This document shows, one piece after another, positions 63,633-64,000 of a DNA stretch of 64,000 nucleotides; position 1 is the stretch's first letter; every line of letters starts with the position of its first letter. Both the position numbers and the translations under genes were made by a program. Source of the stretch: Squalus acanthias (lineage: Eukaryota); contig CM059431.1 in NCBI GenBank assembly GCA_030390025.1, forward strand, positions 114,330,001-114,394,000, read 5' to 3'. Below the pieces are notes generated by a model. The model was given only the letters and a program-made list of their open reading frames with translations, made no database searches and was not told the DNA's origin.

Positions 63633-63859
63633 TAGGTTCTTCCAATATTTCCCACTGCAGCCTTTCCTTCTTAAATGGAATTGCATAAATTGGCACCAAC
63701 AATTCAGGTATGTGATTGGCTAATGGAGGAGGCTCTTTTTTGGTGTACAGGAAATAGACAGAACTGGCACAAGATACATACAGCTGAGAAAGGTCTTTCT
63801 ACCCATCTTAATTAATCGATTCAGAAAACCCTACACCTGCTCCATTGCTACATCTAGTT

Positions 63860-64000
63860 TTTTTAAATGGCTTTTGCCCCTGCCACAGCACTGAAACAGT
63901 CCTAACCAAAATCACAAATGACATCCTCTGTGCTTGTAACCATGGTGCGTTATCCCTCCTCAAGTTCGCTGCAGCCTTTGTCATGGTCAACCATACCATC
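63860..64000 (+). mobile_element. L2-clade LINE RT fragment running off the window
   Basis: GFCPCHSTETVLTKITNDIL followed by a decayed AAF..V.HTI motif. Confidence 0.75.

Overview
Eukaryotic, repeat-dominated window, most likely from a cartilaginous fish (shark/ray). This is inferred from HE1-like V-SINEs, SacSINE1-like Deu-SINEs and the CR1/L2/Penelope types present. Bases 1-~31.8 kb are a 30-bp satellite (consensus GCATTGAGTGCAGGTACCTGTAATRTACAG) rich in dyad symmetry. It has nested higher-order duplications (~1.5 kb, 569 bp, 1306 bp and a ~2910-bp unit present ~3.15 times) and is interrupted by one PIF/Harbinger-type MITE, one SINE and a CR1-in-CR1 nest. The ORF-track hits in the satellite are artefacts of a monomer that is stop-free in 4 of 6 frames. 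Just outside the array lies a 35-bp-stem hairpin built from satellite-like sequence, with pri-miRNA-like geometry. Bases 32-64 kb are AT-rich non-coding DNA packed with decayed CR1, L2, RTE and Penelope retroelements, tRNA-derived SINEs, and a Harbinger-type MITE family plus a Myb/SANT-bearing Harbinger derivative. I cannot support any intact host protein-coding gene. There are only weak hints of decayed minus-strand FN3/transmembrane exons. All family names come from recognition by eye, not from database searches.
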